A stretch of DNA of 64,000 nucleotides from Candidatus Krumholzibacteriota bacterium (GCA_016931295.1 JAFGEZ010000012.1:6100-70099), one strand, 5' to 3'; positions 47,353-57,593 are shown, numbered from the stretch's first letter. Numbers and translations: made by a program. The notes: generated from the sequence alone by a model not told the origin.

Positions 47353-48210
47353 TCAGCCGGCGAAGGTCTCCCGGACGTATTCCTCGAGCGCCTCCTGCCA
47401 GGGGCGCGGCTCGGGAACGCCGAGAAGGCGGAAGTTGTAGTTGTCGAGCGCTTCCATGCGCGGCCGCGGGGCGGGCATCGCGAAATCCGCGGCACGGCAG
47501 GGGACGAGACGGCTGTTCCGGATCCCCGCGGCGTCGAGAATGACGCGCGTCTCGTCGAGACGGCTCGCCACACCCGGATTCACCAGGTGGTAGGTCCCGA
47601 AGAGTCCGCTCTCGATGAAGTCGAAGATCGCACGGGCCAGGTCGACGGTATAGGTCGGCGAACCGAAGAGGTCGTCGACGACGCGAAGCTCCTCGCCGGC
47701 ACGCGCCTTCCGGACGATCTTCGCGACGAACTTCTTGTCCTCCGGCCCGCCGCCGAATACCCAGCACGTGTTGAAGATGAAGAAGCGGTCGAGCAGGCTC
47801 CGCACCTCGAGCTCGCCGCGGTGCTTGGAGCGGCCGTAGACGTTGACGGGGGCGGGGTCGTCGTACTCCGTGTACGGCGTCGGCTTGTCGCCGGCGTAGA
47901 TCGATCCCGTGCTCACGTAGACCATGACCGCGCCGCACCGGCGGCACGCGAGGGAGACGTGGCGGGTGCCGAGGGCGTTCGTCCTGTAGGCCTCGTCGGG
48001 GTCGGTTTCGCAGTTGTCGACGTCGGTCATCGCCGCGAGGTGGAGAACGAATCGCGGTTTCGCGCCGCAGATCTCCTCGATGATCGTGTCGAAATCGCGG
48101 ACGTCCGTCTCGCGCAGGTCCCGCGGGTAGACCTCGTAGCGGCCGGAGAAGAGGGAAACGACCGCCCGCCCGAGCATTCCCCGCGCTCCCGTCACGTATA
48201 TCCTGTCCAT
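47353..48210 (-). CDS. rmlD: dTDP-4-dehydrorhamnose reductase
   Basis: TGARGMLG, AAMTDVD, YGRSK, GSPTY, APRP. Confidence 0.92.
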   Translation of the reverse strand: MDRIYVTGARGMLGRAVVSLFSGRYEVYPRDLRETDVRDFDTIIEEICGAKPRFVLHLAAMTDVDNCETDPDEAYRTNALGTRHVSLACRRCGAVMVYVSTGSIYAGDKPTPYTEYDDPAPVNVYGRSKHRGELEVRSLLDRFFIFNTCWVFGGGPEDKKFVAKIVRKARAGEELRVVDDLFGSPTYTVDLARAIFDFIESGLFGTYHLVNPGVASRLDETRVILDAAGIRNSRLVPCRAADFAMPAPRPRMEALDNYNFRLLGVPEPRPWQEALEEYVRETFAG

Positions 48211-48226
48211 CGATCTCCTCTTTCCG

Positions 48227-48682
48227 TCAACCGTCCCTGCGGTTCCAGTCGTAGGGGATGTCGCCGCCGTGCGGCGGGTAGCGGAACTCGTCCGGTTCCT
48301 CGTAGTCGTACGGCTCGGTGACCGTGTTGATGACGACCGCCTCGGTGTCGCTGATGCACTTGAATCCGTGGCAAACGCCGGGGGGTATCGTCACGCGGAC
48401 GGGATTGAAGACCCCGGCGAAGAATTCGTTTATCTCGCCATGGGTCGCAGAGTCCTCGCGATCGTCGTAGAGGACGATCTTCATCATCCCGCGGACGACG
48501 ACCATGTTGTCCCACTGCTTCCGGTGGAAGTGCCATCCCTTCACCACGCCGGGATAGGCGGTGGTCATGTAGACCTGGCCGAACCGGATGAAATCCTCCT
48601 CGTCGCAACGCACCATTTCCATCAGACGTCCGCGCTCGTCCGGAATGACGCGCAATCGCTTGACCTTGACACCCTCTATCAT
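48227..48682 (-). CDS. rmlC: dTDP-4-dehydrorhamnose 3,5-epimerase (cupin)
   Basis: DERG, GVVKGWH.H, IPPGVCHGF. Confidence 0.88.
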   Translation of the reverse strand: MIEGVKVKRLRVIPDERGRLMEMVRCDEEDFIRFGQVYMTTAYPGVVKGWHFHRKQWDNMVVVRGMMKIVLYDDREDSATHGEINEFFAGVFNPVRVTIPPGVCHGFKCISDTEAVVINTVTEPYDYEEPDEFRYPPHGGDIPYDWNRRDG

Positions 48683-48782
48683 GGGTCCTTCCTTTGTTCG
48701 TGACAACGGGGACGATGCGCCCGCAATACTAGCCGAACGGCCCGATGCTGTCAACTCGGCGGCCGGCCGGCGGGGAACCCGG

Positions 48783-49832
48783 TCATCCTCTTTCGCCACC
48801 GGCCGCGATGGCGGCAAGGTGCGGTTCGAGGAACCGCGAGAAGACCGAGCGCCACGAGAGGTCGCGGACGGGCGCGGACGGCCGGGTGGGCGAGGCCCGG
48901 AAACGCGCGAAGACGGCGGGCAGGTCGGCGGCGCCCTCGACGCGGGCGAATCCCCGCCCCGATTCGACGATGTCCGGCAAGGCGACGATGGGGGTTGCCG
49001 CGACGGGAAGCCCGCAGGCGGCCGCCTCGATGACCGAGATGGGGCATTCGAGCGCGCCGCGGGGAGCGAGGACGGGGAAAAGGTAGCAATCGGCGAGCTG
49101 GTAGAGCTCGTGCATGTCAGGAAGGTATTCGTCGATCACGATCACCCCGGCGCGGCGGAGCCGTGACGCCCAGCCGGCCTCGGTCCCGCCGGACTTGACG
49201 ACAGGCAGGATATCCGATCCCCAGTCGCGCCATCGCAGGAAGACCTGCAGGTTGCGGCTCTCCTTCACATGCCCGACATGCAGGACGATCCACCGGTCGG
49301 CCGGCAGGTCGTACTTGCGGCGAAGCGCCGCCTTGCGCGCCGGCTCGACGGGGACGAAAACCGCGTCGTCGCACCCGGGCAGGACGACGTCGTTCGGCAC
49401 GCCGATCCCGTCGAGGGCGCTCCGCAGGCCGGGAACCGGCGTGAAGACCTTTTCAGGCCGGGCGAAACGGGAGATCGTCGCGTGCAGGGCCCCGATACGA
49501 CGGTCCTGGAGGGCGAAGACGAACAGGGGCGAGCCGGCGGCGGCTCGGAGGAGGAGCCCCCGGATCAAACCGGGCGGCGTGAGCCCGGACGACGGAAGGT
49601 AGAGGACGAGATCGAATCGCTCCTGGCGCAGGATTTGAACGAGGCCCCGGGAGAGGAACGTCCGCCGCGAGAGGAGGCGGAGCGAGCGGAACCCGTCTTC
49701 CGACTCGCCCAGGGCGTGCACGACGGTCAAATCGTGCCGCGCGGCGAGCCAGCGGCAGAGGTGCCTCGTGAAGACGAGCGATCCCTCCTCGGGAGTCGCG
49801 GTGATTTCTTCGCTTGCGAGCAGGATCCTCAT
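48783..49832 (-). CDS. GT4 glycosyltransferase
   Basis: LHVGH, YQLADCYLFP, PISVIEAAACGLPV. Confidence 0.82.
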   Translation of the reverse strand: MRILLASEEITATPEEGSLVFTRHLCRWLAARHDLTVVHALGESEDGFRSLRLLSRRTFLSRGLVQILRQERFDLVLYLPSSGLTPPGLIRGLLLRAAAGSPLFVFALQDRRIGALHATISRFARPEKVFTPVPGLRSALDGIGVPNDVVLPGCDDAVFVPVEPARKAALRRKYDLPADRWIVLHVGHVKESRNLQVFLRWRDWGSDILPVVKSGGTEAGWASRLRRAGVIVIDEYLPDMHELYQLADCYLFPVLAPRGALECPISVIEAAACGLPVAATPIVALPDIVESGRGFARVEGAADLPAVFARFRASPTRPSAPVRDLSWRSVFSRFLEPHLAAIAAGGERG

Positions 49833-49977
49833 GAGCTTTCGATCCCCGCCTGGTCGTTGCCCGACGGCAGACTATCCCGTATGTCGAACCGAATACAACG
49901 AAAAAAGACCTCTGGTCGAGGCGGAAGCGCCGTTCGGGCCCGCCGGAAAAAGGGGGATAGCGCCTATAGTGCAAATA

Positions 49978-49986
49978 TGTTATAAT
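49978..49986 (+). promoter_or_regulatory. extended -10 promoter
   Basis: TGTTATAAT in an AT-rich intergenic patch about 40 nt upstream of ATG 50028. Confidence 0.6.
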
Positions 49987-50027
49987 CGTTGGGATTGAGT
50001 CAGGGGTCAACATCGGGAGCTTGCTGT

Positions 50028-51125
50028 ATGAAGAATATTCCGTTTTTCAGCCTTGCGGAACAGACCCGCGGGATCCGGAGTGAGGTCGACGCGGCGATCG
50101 CCGGGGTCGTCGACAACACGGCGTTCGTTCTCGGACCGACGCTCGAGCAATTCGAGAAGGATTTCGCCGCGTATTGCGGCACGACGCACTGCGCGGGGGC
50201 GAGTTGCGGGACGACCGCGCTCCAGCTGGCGCTTCTCGCCGCCGGGATCGGTCCCGGCGACGAGGTGATCACCGTCGCGAACACCTTCATCGCGACCGTC
50301 GAGGCGATTGCGATGATCGGAGCGAAACCGGTCATCGTCGACGTTCTCGAGAGCACGGCCCTCATCGATCCGGCGCTGATCGAGTCGGCTCTCACGCCGA
50401 AGACGAAGGCGATCATACCGGTGCATCTCTTCGGGCAGACATGCGACATGGATGCGATCATGTCGATCGCCGAAGGGAAGGGGATCGTCGTCATCGAGGA
50501 CTCGTGCCAGGCGCACGGGGCCATGTACCGCGGGCGAAGGGCGGGCTCGCTCGGCCATGCGGGCGCCTTCTCCTTCTATCCGAGCAAGAATCTCGGGGCC
50601 TTCGGCGAGGGCGGAGCGATCACGACGAGCGACGAGCGCATCGTCTCCCGCGTGAAGGGGCTGCGGCATCACGGACAGTTCCGGAAGAACGAGCACGCCG
50701 AGCTGGGATACAACTACCGGTTGCATTCGCTGCAGGCCGCGATCCTCGGCGTCAAGCTCGCTCATCTCGACGAATGGAACGGCAAGCGGCGCGAGCTCGC
50801 CGCCAGGTACCGGGCGGCCCTCGGCGAGGCCGGTTTCTGGATGCCGGAGGAAGCCGACGGCTGCACGCCGGTCTATCACCTGTTCCCGATAGCGCGCGAG
50901 GACAGGGATGCGATCGGTCGGGCGCTGACCGACGAGGGCATCGGGTGGGGACAGCATTATCCGGTGCCGGTGCATCTGCAGCCGGCATTCCATCATCTGG
51001 GTTACGGGGAGAGGGACTTCCCCGTCTCGGAGCGATTGATGAGGACGAGTCTCACGCTGCCGATGTTCCCGGAATTGACGGGGGAAGAGGTCGACCGGGT
51101 CTGCGAGGTGCTCGTCAAGCTCTGA
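50028..51125 (+). CDS. DegT/DnrJ/EryC1/StrS sugar aminotransferase (WbpE/WlbC-like)
   Basis: PVHLFGQ, EDSCQAHG, SFYPSKNLG..GEGG, GYNYRL. Confidence 0.93.
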   Translation: MKNIPFFSLAEQTRGIRSEVDAAIAGVVDNTAFVLGPTLEQFEKDFAAYCGTTHCAGASCGTTALQLALLAAGIGPGDEVITVANTFIATVEAIAMIGAKPVIVDVLESTALIDPALIESALTPKTKAIIPVHLFGQTCDMDAIMSIAEGKGIVVIEDSCQAHGAMYRGRRAGSLGHAGAFSFYPSKNLGAFGEGGAITTSDERIVSRVKGLRHHGQFRKNEHAELGYNYRLHSLQAAILGVKLAHLDEWNGKRRELAARYRAALGEAGFWMPEEADGCTPVYHLFPIAREDRDAIGRALTDEGIGWGQHYPVPVHLQPAFHHLGYGERDFPVSERLMRTSLTLPMFPELTGEEVDRVCEVLVKL

Positions 51126-51217
51126 CGTCGCCGGCCGGGTCACGAACGAGGAGGGGGATACAGGTAAACGGTTAACGGCATAAGCAGAAGAGGGTCCTCG
51201 AGGCGGGAAGTGAAGCG

Positions 51218-51955
51218 ATGAGGAAGTTATCACTCGCCCTGGACAACAGCGACAAGGTTCGGCAGCGCACGGGAACCTTCGCGGGAGACGACCGTCTGAG
51301 CGTTCGCGAACGAAGCGCGTTGGAACGTTTCGTCAAGCGTATGCTCGATTTCGTTGCATCGGCGGTCCTTCTCGTCGTTGGATTTCCGTTCTTTCTCGCC
51401 ATCGCCCTGCTGATCAGGCTGACGTCGAGCGGCCCCGTGTTCTTCAGGCAAAAACGGATAGGGGAGCATGGGGAGGAGTTTACCCTTTTCAAATTCCGCA
51501 CGATGCGCACGGATTGCGATGACGCCTCTCATCGCGAATTCGCGCGCGATTTCATTCTCGGCCGGATGGACGATTCTCCCCTTGACGGTAGCGAAACCTC
51601 GGTTTATAAAATCACGAACGACCCACGGGTCACCGCGATCGGATCGTTCCTGCGGAAGACGAGTCTCGACGAACTGCCGCAGTTCATAAACATCCTGAGA
51701 GGAGAGATGTCGATCGTCGGGCCGAGACCGCCGCTGGCATACGAATACGACTGCTACGAGGATTGGCACAAGTTGCGACTGGCGGTGAGGCCGGGGCTGA
51801 CCGGCCTGTGGCAGGTGAGCGGGCGGAGCACGGTCCCGTTCCACGAGATGGTGATGCTCGATCTGTACTATATCGAGAACTGGACGTTGCTCCTCGATCT
51901 CAAGATCATGCTGCGTACCGTGCCGGTCATGCTGACCGGGGCGGGGGGATTCTAA
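51218..51955 (+). CDS. second priming phosphoglycosyl (sugar) transferase
   Basis: [35 protein letters not shown]. Confidence 0.92.
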   Translation: MRKLSLALDNSDKVRQRTGTFAGDDRLSVRERSALERFVKRMLDFVASAVLLVVGFPFFLAIALLIRLTSSGPVFFRQKRIGEHGEEFTLFKFRTMRTDCDDASHREFARDFILGRMDDSPLDGSETSVYKITNDPRVTAIGSFLRKTSLDELPQFINILRGEMSIVGPRPPLAYEYDCYEDWHKLRLAVRPGLTGLWQVSGRSTVPFHEMVMLDLYYIENWTLLLDLKIMLRTVPVMLTGAGGF

Positions 51956-51970
51956 CCGGTTGGAGGAACA

Positions 51971-52999
51971 GTGCTCACAGTAGGTGTAATCGGCTGCGGA
52001 TACTGGGGTCCGAACCTCATCAGGAACTTCAACGCTCTCGCCGACAGCACGGTCAGGACCTGCGCCGATCTGGACGAGAATCGCCTCGCCCACATGAAGC
52101 AGCTCTATCCGTCGATCGGAACCACGACGGATTACCGGGAGATCATCGCCGATCCGGAGATCGACGCGGTCGTCATCGCGACGCCCGTATCGTCGCACTA
52201 TCCGATCGCCGTCGAGGCGATCGAGGCGGGCAAGCACGTCTTCGTGGAGAAACCGCTCGTGAAGTCGATCGAGGAGGGCGAGAAGCTCGTGCGCCTCGCC
52301 GCCGAGAAGAAGCGATTCCTCATGGTCGGGCACACCTTCGTCTTCACGTCCGCCGTCAACAAGATCAAGGATTTGATAAAGTCCGGCGAACTGGGAGACA
52401 TCTACTACATCCAGACGACCCGCGTGAACCTCGGTCTGTTCCAGGAGGACATCAACGTCGTCTGGGACCTGGCCCCGCACGACGTCTCCATCTTCAACTA
52501 CATCCTCGATTCGCGGCCCATCTCCGTCTCGGCGACGGGGCATTCGTACATCCAGCCGTCGATCCAGGACGTGGCCTTCGTCAACATACGGTACCCCGGG
52601 CAGGTGCTCGCCAACATCGAGGTGTCGTGGCTCAATCCCAACAAGATCCGGAAGACGACGGTCGTCGGATCGAAGAAGATGCTCGTCTACGACGACATCT
52701 CCCAGCTCGAGAAGATCAGGATCTACGACAAGGGCGTCACGGTCACGCCGCACTACGATTCCTTCGGCGAGTTCCAGCTCTCCTACCGCTACGGCGACAT
52801 CCGGATACCGAAGCTCAACGGGGCCGAGCCGCTCAAGATGGAGTGCCAGCACTTCGTCGATTGCGTCGAGGGCCGGGCGGAACCGATCAGCAGCGGCGTC
52901 AACGGGCTGGAAGTCCTTCTCGCGCTCAACGCCGCCGACCGGTCGATGGCCGCGCGCGGGGCGGAGTTCGAGATCGCCTACCCGAAGCTGGAAGGATGA
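51971..52999 (+). CDS. Gfo/Idh/MocA oxidoreductase (WbpB/WlbA-like)
   Basis: GCGYWG, EKP, DLAPHD. Confidence 0.9.
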   Translation: MLTVGVIGCGYWGPNLIRNFNALADSTVRTCADLDENRLAHMKQLYPSIGTTTDYREIIADPEIDAVVIATPVSSHYPIAVEAIEAGKHVFVEKPLVKSIEEGEKLVRLAAEKKRFLMVGHTFVFTSAVNKIKDLIKSGELGDIYYIQTTRVNLGLFQEDINVVWDLAPHDVSIFNYILDSRPISVSATGHSYIQPSIQDVAFVNIRYPGQVLANIEVSWLNPNKIRKTTVVGSKKMLVYDDISQLEKIRIYDKGVTVTPHYDSFGEFQLSYRYGDIRIPKLNGAEPLKMECQHFVDCVEGRAEPISSGVNGLEVLLALNAADRSMAARGAEFEIAYPKLEG

Positions 53000-53002
53000 T
53001 CC

Positions 53003-53641
53003 ATGGAGAACGCGCATGAATCCCGGCGCCTGGGACTGGTGCGTCTCGGGTCGGACGCCAGCATCGACCCGGCGGCGATCGTCGGTTATCTCTCCCCGCG
53101 GCGGGGCGTGAGCGAGGAACTCGTCATCGGCGCGAACGCGCGCATCCGGAGCGGAACGGTCGTCTACGCGGGCTCCACGATCGGCGCCGGGCTGGAAACG
53201 GGCCACAACGTCGTCATCAGGGAACAGAACGAGATCGGTGACGCCTTCAACATCTGGAACAACTCGGTCGTCGACTACGGGTGCCGCATCGGCTCGAACG
53301 TCAAGATACACTGCAATATCTACGTCGCGCAGTTCACCGTCATCGAGGACGGCGTATTCATGGCGCCCGGCGTGACGATCGCGAACGACATCCATCCCGG
53401 CTGCCCCGGATCGGGCGAGTGCATGAGGGGGCCGGTGCTGAAGCGCGGCTGCCGCATCGGCGTGAACGTGACGATCGTCCCCTACGTGACGATCGGAGAG
53501 GGGACGCTGGTGGGCAGCGGGTCCGTCGTGACGAAGGATCTGCCGCCCGGCGTCCTCGCCTACGGGAATCCCGCGCGCGTCCACGCGAAACTCGAGGATC
53601 TCCGCTGCAAGCAGGGAAGGCGGGAAGGACCCTATATCTGA
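53003..53641 (+). CDS. hexapeptide-repeat N-acetyltransferase (WbpD/WlbB-like)
   Basis: Left-handed beta-helix repeats, GSGSVVTKD, GNPAR. Confidence 0.88.
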   Translation: MENAHESRRLGLVRLGSDASIDPAAIVGYLSPRRGVSEELVIGANARIRSGTVVYAGSTIGAGLETGHNVVIREQNEIGDAFNIWNNSVVDYGCRIGSNVKIHCNIYVAQFTVIEDGVFMAPGVTIANDIHPGCPGSGECMRGPVLKRGCRIGVNVTIVPYVTIGEGTLVGSGSVVTKDLPPGVLAYGNPARVHAKLEDLRCKQGRREGPYI

Positions 53642-53649
53642 GGACGAAG

Positions 53650-54804
53650 ATGCATCCGTCCGACGGTGGCAGAACGGTATTCTTCCTGTCATCCACCCTC
53701 GTCACCGGGGGAGCCGAGCGGATCGTGGCGGCCCTGGCGACGAAACTGCCGGCGCGGGGATTCCGGACGGTCTCGCTCTGCCTCCGCGAGCGGGGGCCCG
53801 TCGGGGAATCGATCGCCCGGGCGGGGATCGAGACCCGCGACCGCCTCGCAAGCTGCCGGTACGATCCACTGTCGCCGGTCCGCGTCGCGAAACGCCTGCG
53901 AAAGGACCGGCACGGGATACTCTACGCGCTCGACCATCACGACGCACTGCTCTGCGGCGCGGCGGCCGGGCTCCTCGCGGGGCTCCGGCATCGCGTCATG
54001 CCCCTGCACTCGACCGGGTTGTGGGGCAGGAAGGGCTCGCTGAACCTGAGCGACCGCCTGGCGCTTCCCTTCTACGAGCGGGTGGTGGCGCTGGCCGGGA
54101 CCCATGCGGCATGGATCGCAGAACGGGAGGGCGTCGATCCCCGGCGGATCGCCGTCGTCAACAACGGCGTCGACACCGGACGCTTCCATCCGGCGGAGCC
54201 GGGGGAGCGAAACAGGACGCGCCGCGAGCTCGGGATCGACGCGGACGCATTCGTCATCGTCGTCGTCGCGAAGCTCAGGCCCGAGAAGAACCACGCCATG
54301 CTGCTCGACGTCGTCGCCGGGTTGCGTGGCCTGATCCCCGGGCTCATCCTTCTCGTCGCCGGGTCGGGCAAGGAGGAGGCGCGGCTCCGCGCGCGGGCCG
54401 ATGCCGCAGGACTCGGGGCGGCGGTGCGTTTCCTCGGGCTCAGGGAGGACGTGCCGCGCATCCTCCGGGCGTCGGACGTCTCCGTGCTGCCGTCGCACCC
54501 GGTCGTCGAGACCTTTCCGCTCTCGGTCCTCGAATCGATGGCCTCGGGCCTTCCGGTGGTCGCGACGCGGGTCGGATCGATCGCGGAGATGGTCGAGGAC
54601 GGCGAGGAGGGATTCCTCGTCGATCCGGGCGACGAGGCGGGGCTTCGCGGCGCGATCGCCCGCCTCGCGGACGGGGACCTGCGAACGGTGATCGGCATCC
54701 GGGCGCGCGAACGGGCCGTTTCCCGTTTCTCGGAAGAACGCATGATCGATGAGTACGCCCGGCTGTTCGGCCGCCTGGTCGCCGGGGAAAGGAGCCGACG
54801 ATGA
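53650..54804 (+). CDS. GT4 glycosyltransferase
   Basis: GGAER, NGVD, EKNH, ETFPLSVLESMASGLPVV. Confidence 0.9.
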   Translation: MHPSDGGRTVFFLSSTLVTGGAERIVAALATKLPARGFRTVSLCLRERGPVGESIARAGIETRDRLASCRYDPLSPVRVAKRLRKDRHGILYALDHHDALLCGAAAGLLAGLRHRVMPLHSTGLWGRKGSLNLSDRLALPFYERVVALAGTHAAWIAEREGVDPRRIAVVNNGVDTGRFHPAEPGERNRTRRELGIDADAFVIVVVAKLRPEKNHAMLLDVVAGLRGLIPGLILLVAGSGKEEARLRARADAAGLGAAVRFLGLREDVPRILRASDVSVLPSHPVVETFPLSVLESMASGLPVVATRVGSIAEMVEDGEEGFLVDPGDEAGLRGAIARLADGDLRTVIGIRARERAVSRFSEERMIDEYARLFGRLVAGERSRR

Positions 54805-55802
54805 CCCTCCCGGTCGATGCCGTCGTTGCGGTCACCTACCGCTGCGACTCCCATTGCAACATGTGCAATATCTGGCAGCTGCCGCCGGGGCCGGAACTCG
54901 AACCGGCGATGTTCGGGCGATTGCCCCGCACGCTCCGGGATGTCAACATCACGGGCGGGGAGCCGTTTCTCCGCGATGACATCGTCGATATCGTCCGCGT
55001 CGTCGACGAGCGGTGCCGCGGCCCTCGGATCGTGATCTCGACGAACGGCTTCCAGAAACGGCGCATCCTGCACGCCGCGCCCGCCCTGATGAGTATCGGC
55101 CGCAACGTCGGCATCGCCGTCTCGCTCGACGGGATCGGTGAAACGCACGACGAGATACGAGGCGTCGAGGGGGGGTTCGAGAAGGTCGTCGAGACGCTGA
55201 CGGGACTCAGGACGATCGGCTACCGAAACGTGCGCGTCGCGTTCACGGCGCAGCGGGGAAACGTCGAGCATCTCGGCGCCGTGTACGACCTGTCGCGGCA
55301 GTTCGGCTACCAGTTCACCGCGTCGGTCGCGCAGAATTCCGAATTCTACTTCTCGACCGACGAGAACCAGCGCGTCGAGCCGGGATCGCTCGAATCGGAA
55401 CTCAGGTACGTCATGCGGAAGGAATTGCTCTCCCTCAGCCCGAAACGCTGGTTGCGGGCGTATTTCTACGCGGGGGTCGAGCGGTTCAACGTGAAGAGGG
55501 AGCGGCTGCTCGGTTGCCTCGCCGGGAGGGAATCGGTCTTCGTCGATCCCGAGGGAAAGGTCTATCCGTGCCTGACCCTGAACCGGGAGATGGGAAATCT
55601 CGCCGAACGGGACTTCGAGGAGATCTGGGAGAGCGACAGCGCTCGCGAGGCGAGGGCGGCGGTCGATTCCTGCCGCCTGCCGTGCTGGATGATCTGTACG
55701 GCGCGCACCTCGATGCGGCGGACACCCCTGCGCCCGATCGGCTGGATACTCGCCTCGTGGGGGAGGATCGCCACGGGGCGTTTCCCCCGCGAATCGGCCT
55801 GA
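54801..55802 (+). CDS. radical SAM protein with SPASM-type C-terminal domain
   Basis: CDSHCNMC, TGGEP, STNG, SLDG..H, CLAG...DPEGKVYPC, C..PCW.IC. Confidence 0.92.
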   Translation: MTLPVDAVVAVTYRCDSHCNMCNIWQLPPGPELEPAMFGRLPRTLRDVNITGGEPFLRDDIVDIVRVVDERCRGPRIVISTNGFQKRRILHAAPALMSIGRNVGIAVSLDGIGETHDEIRGVEGGFEKVVETLTGLRTIGYRNVRVAFTAQRGNVEHLGAVYDLSRQFGYQFTASVAQNSEFYFSTDENQRVEPGSLESELRYVMRKELLSLSPKRWLRAYFYAGVERFNVKRERLLGCLAGRESVFVDPEGKVYPCLTLNREMGNLAERDFEEIWESDSAREARAAVDSCRLPCWMICTARTSMRRTPLRPIGWILASWGRIATGRFPRESA

Positions 55803-55809
55803 AGAAGCC

Positions 55810-56928
55810 ATGAACAACCGCGCACGTCTGTCGATAGCGATGATCGGGGCGAAGGGGCTCCCGGCCCTCTTCGGCGGGATCGAACGCCACGTGGAGGAGA
55901 TCGGCCTGCGGCTCGCCGACCGGGGGCACCGCGTCGTCGTGTTCGGCAGGCGTCCGTTCGGCGCGGTCGACGGGCATCGCGGCATGGAGCTCCGCGTTCT
56001 TCCGTCGATCCCCACGAAGAATCTGGAGACGGCAACGAACGCGTTCGCGGCGAGCCTGGCCGCGGCCGTCGGTCCCTATGACATCGTGCACTACCACGGG
56101 ATCGGCCCGTCACTCTTCTGCCCGATACCCCGGATCGCGGGCCGGCGGACCGTGGCGACGATCCATGCCCTCGATTACCGCCAGTCGAAGTGGGGCAGGG
56201 CTGCGAAATTCCTGCTACGGCGGGGCGAAGCGGTCGCCGCGACGCGGGCGGACGCGGTGATCGCCGTCTCGCGGATCATTGCGCAACTCGTCCGGGACCG
56301 GTACAAACGGACCGCGGATTACGTTCCAAACGGGACCACCCTCAGGGAAACCCCGCCGTTTCGCGAGGCGGCCGCGATGAGGATCGAGCCCGGGCGCTAC
56401 ATCCTGAGCGTGGGGCGCTTCATCGTCGAGCGGGGCTTCCATACGCTCATCGAGGCATTCTCGGCCGTCGAGACAGACTGCCGCCTCGTCATCGTCGGCG
56501 ACGAGCGCTTCGAGAGGCGCTACGCCGCGCGCCTGCGGGCATGCGCAGACGACCGCGTACTCTTTCCCGGTTTCATCTCGGGCCCGCTCCTCGACGAGCT
56601 CTACGGCCATTGCGCCCTCTACGTGCTCCCGTCCCTCGTCGAGGGATTGCCGATATCCCTGATCGAGGCGATGGGCTATTCCCGTCCCCTTCTCGCGAGC
56701 GACATTCCGGAGAACGTCGAGGTCGCCGGCGGGATCGCCGCCTTTTTCCGCCGGGGGGACGCGACCGACCTCGCGCGGGCCCTCGGGGAACTCCTCGCGA
56801 TGCCCGTGGACGAGCGGCTGGCGACGGGCGCGTCAGGGCGATCGCGCGTCGCCGAGCGCTACGACTGGGACCGTATCGCCGATCAGATCGAGGAGATCTA
56901 TTATCGCGTCGCACAGCCCTCCTCCTGA
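55810..56928 (+). CDS. GT4 glycosyltransferase
   Basis: GLPALFGGIERHVE, EGLPISLIEAM, SDIPEN. Confidence 0.9.
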   Translation: MNNRARLSIAMIGAKGLPALFGGIERHVEEIGLRLADRGHRVVVFGRRPFGAVDGHRGMELRVLPSIPTKNLETATNAFAASLAAAVGPYDIVHYHGIGPSLFCPIPRIAGRRTVATIHALDYRQSKWGRAAKFLLRRGEAVAATRADAVIAVSRIIAQLVRDRYKRTADYVPNGTTLRETPPFREAAAMRIEPGRYILSVGRFIVERGFHTLIEAFSAVETDCRLVIVGDERFERRYAARLRACADDRVLFPGFISGPLLDELYGHCALYVLPSLVEGLPISLIEAMGYSRPLLASDIPENVEVAGGIAAFFRRGDATDLARALGELLAMPVDERLATGASGRSRVAERYDWDRIADQIEEIYYRVAQPSS

Positions 56929-57029
56929 GGCGACCGGCCGCCGCCCGGGGCAATTTTCGTTGACACTTGGCCGCTCCATCTGATAGGTAGACCGTGTCGG
57001 TACGCGTTTTGCAGGCGGGAGGCGATACG

Positions 57030-57593
57030 ATGAGACTATCGGGTCGGGGAAGAGCGGGGATCGCGACGGTCGCCGTCATGTTCCTTCTCATGGCGGGATG
57101 CACGCGTTCCGAACGGGCAGGCCGCGTGGAGACGAGACCGGAACCGGACACCCGGGCGTCGACGATCCCGCTCGACGGCGTCGACGAGGCCGCGGACGCG
57201 CCGGCCCCGGCGGCGAAGCCCTACGATCTCGAGGCGGAGATGCCGGTCGAGGATACGCTCGCCGTCGCGCCGGAAGAGGACATCGAGTTCGAGCGCGTCG
57301 ATACGACGAGCGTCCGCGTGGAGGAGGCGGCAACCGGGACGGCGGTCCCCGAGGCCTTCGCCCTCGGGTACCGGGTACAGGTGTTCGCCTCCCGCGAACT
57401 GGCTGCGGCGAAGGCCGTGAAGGAAAGAATCGTGGCCGAGGGCGACCTCGCGACATATATAGAGTATGAAGACGGATTGTACAAGGTCCGGGTCGGGGAT
57501 TTCGAGAGCAGGGACGCGGCCGCGGCCGCGCGCGTGGCGCTCGGGGACCGGTACCCGGACTGCTGGATCGTGCAGACGACCGTTCGCAGGTGA
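57030..57593 (+). CDS. SPOR-domain lipoprotein
   Basis: Lipobox MAGC, acidic linker, GYRVQV...YKVRVGDF. Confidence 0.85.
   Translation: MRLSGRGRAGIATVAVMFLLMAGCTRSERAGRVETRPEPDTRASTIPLDGVDEAADAPAPAAKPYDLEAEMPVEDTLAVAPEEDIEFERVDTTSVRVEEAATGTAVPEAFALGYRVQVFASRELAAAKAVKERIVAEGDLATYIEYEDGLYKVRVGDFESRDAAAAARVALGDRYPDCWIVQTTVRR

Noticed and set aside
49951..49964. ops/JUMPstart-like GGGGATAGCGC
   Set aside because: Several mismatches, and it lies upstream of the -10 so would not be transcribed.
56998..57013. sigma54-like CGGTACGCGTTTTGCA before the SPOR gene
   Set aside because: The spacing fits, but the implied TSS (about 57024) lies downstream of the GGAGG RBS and the -24 box is imperfect.
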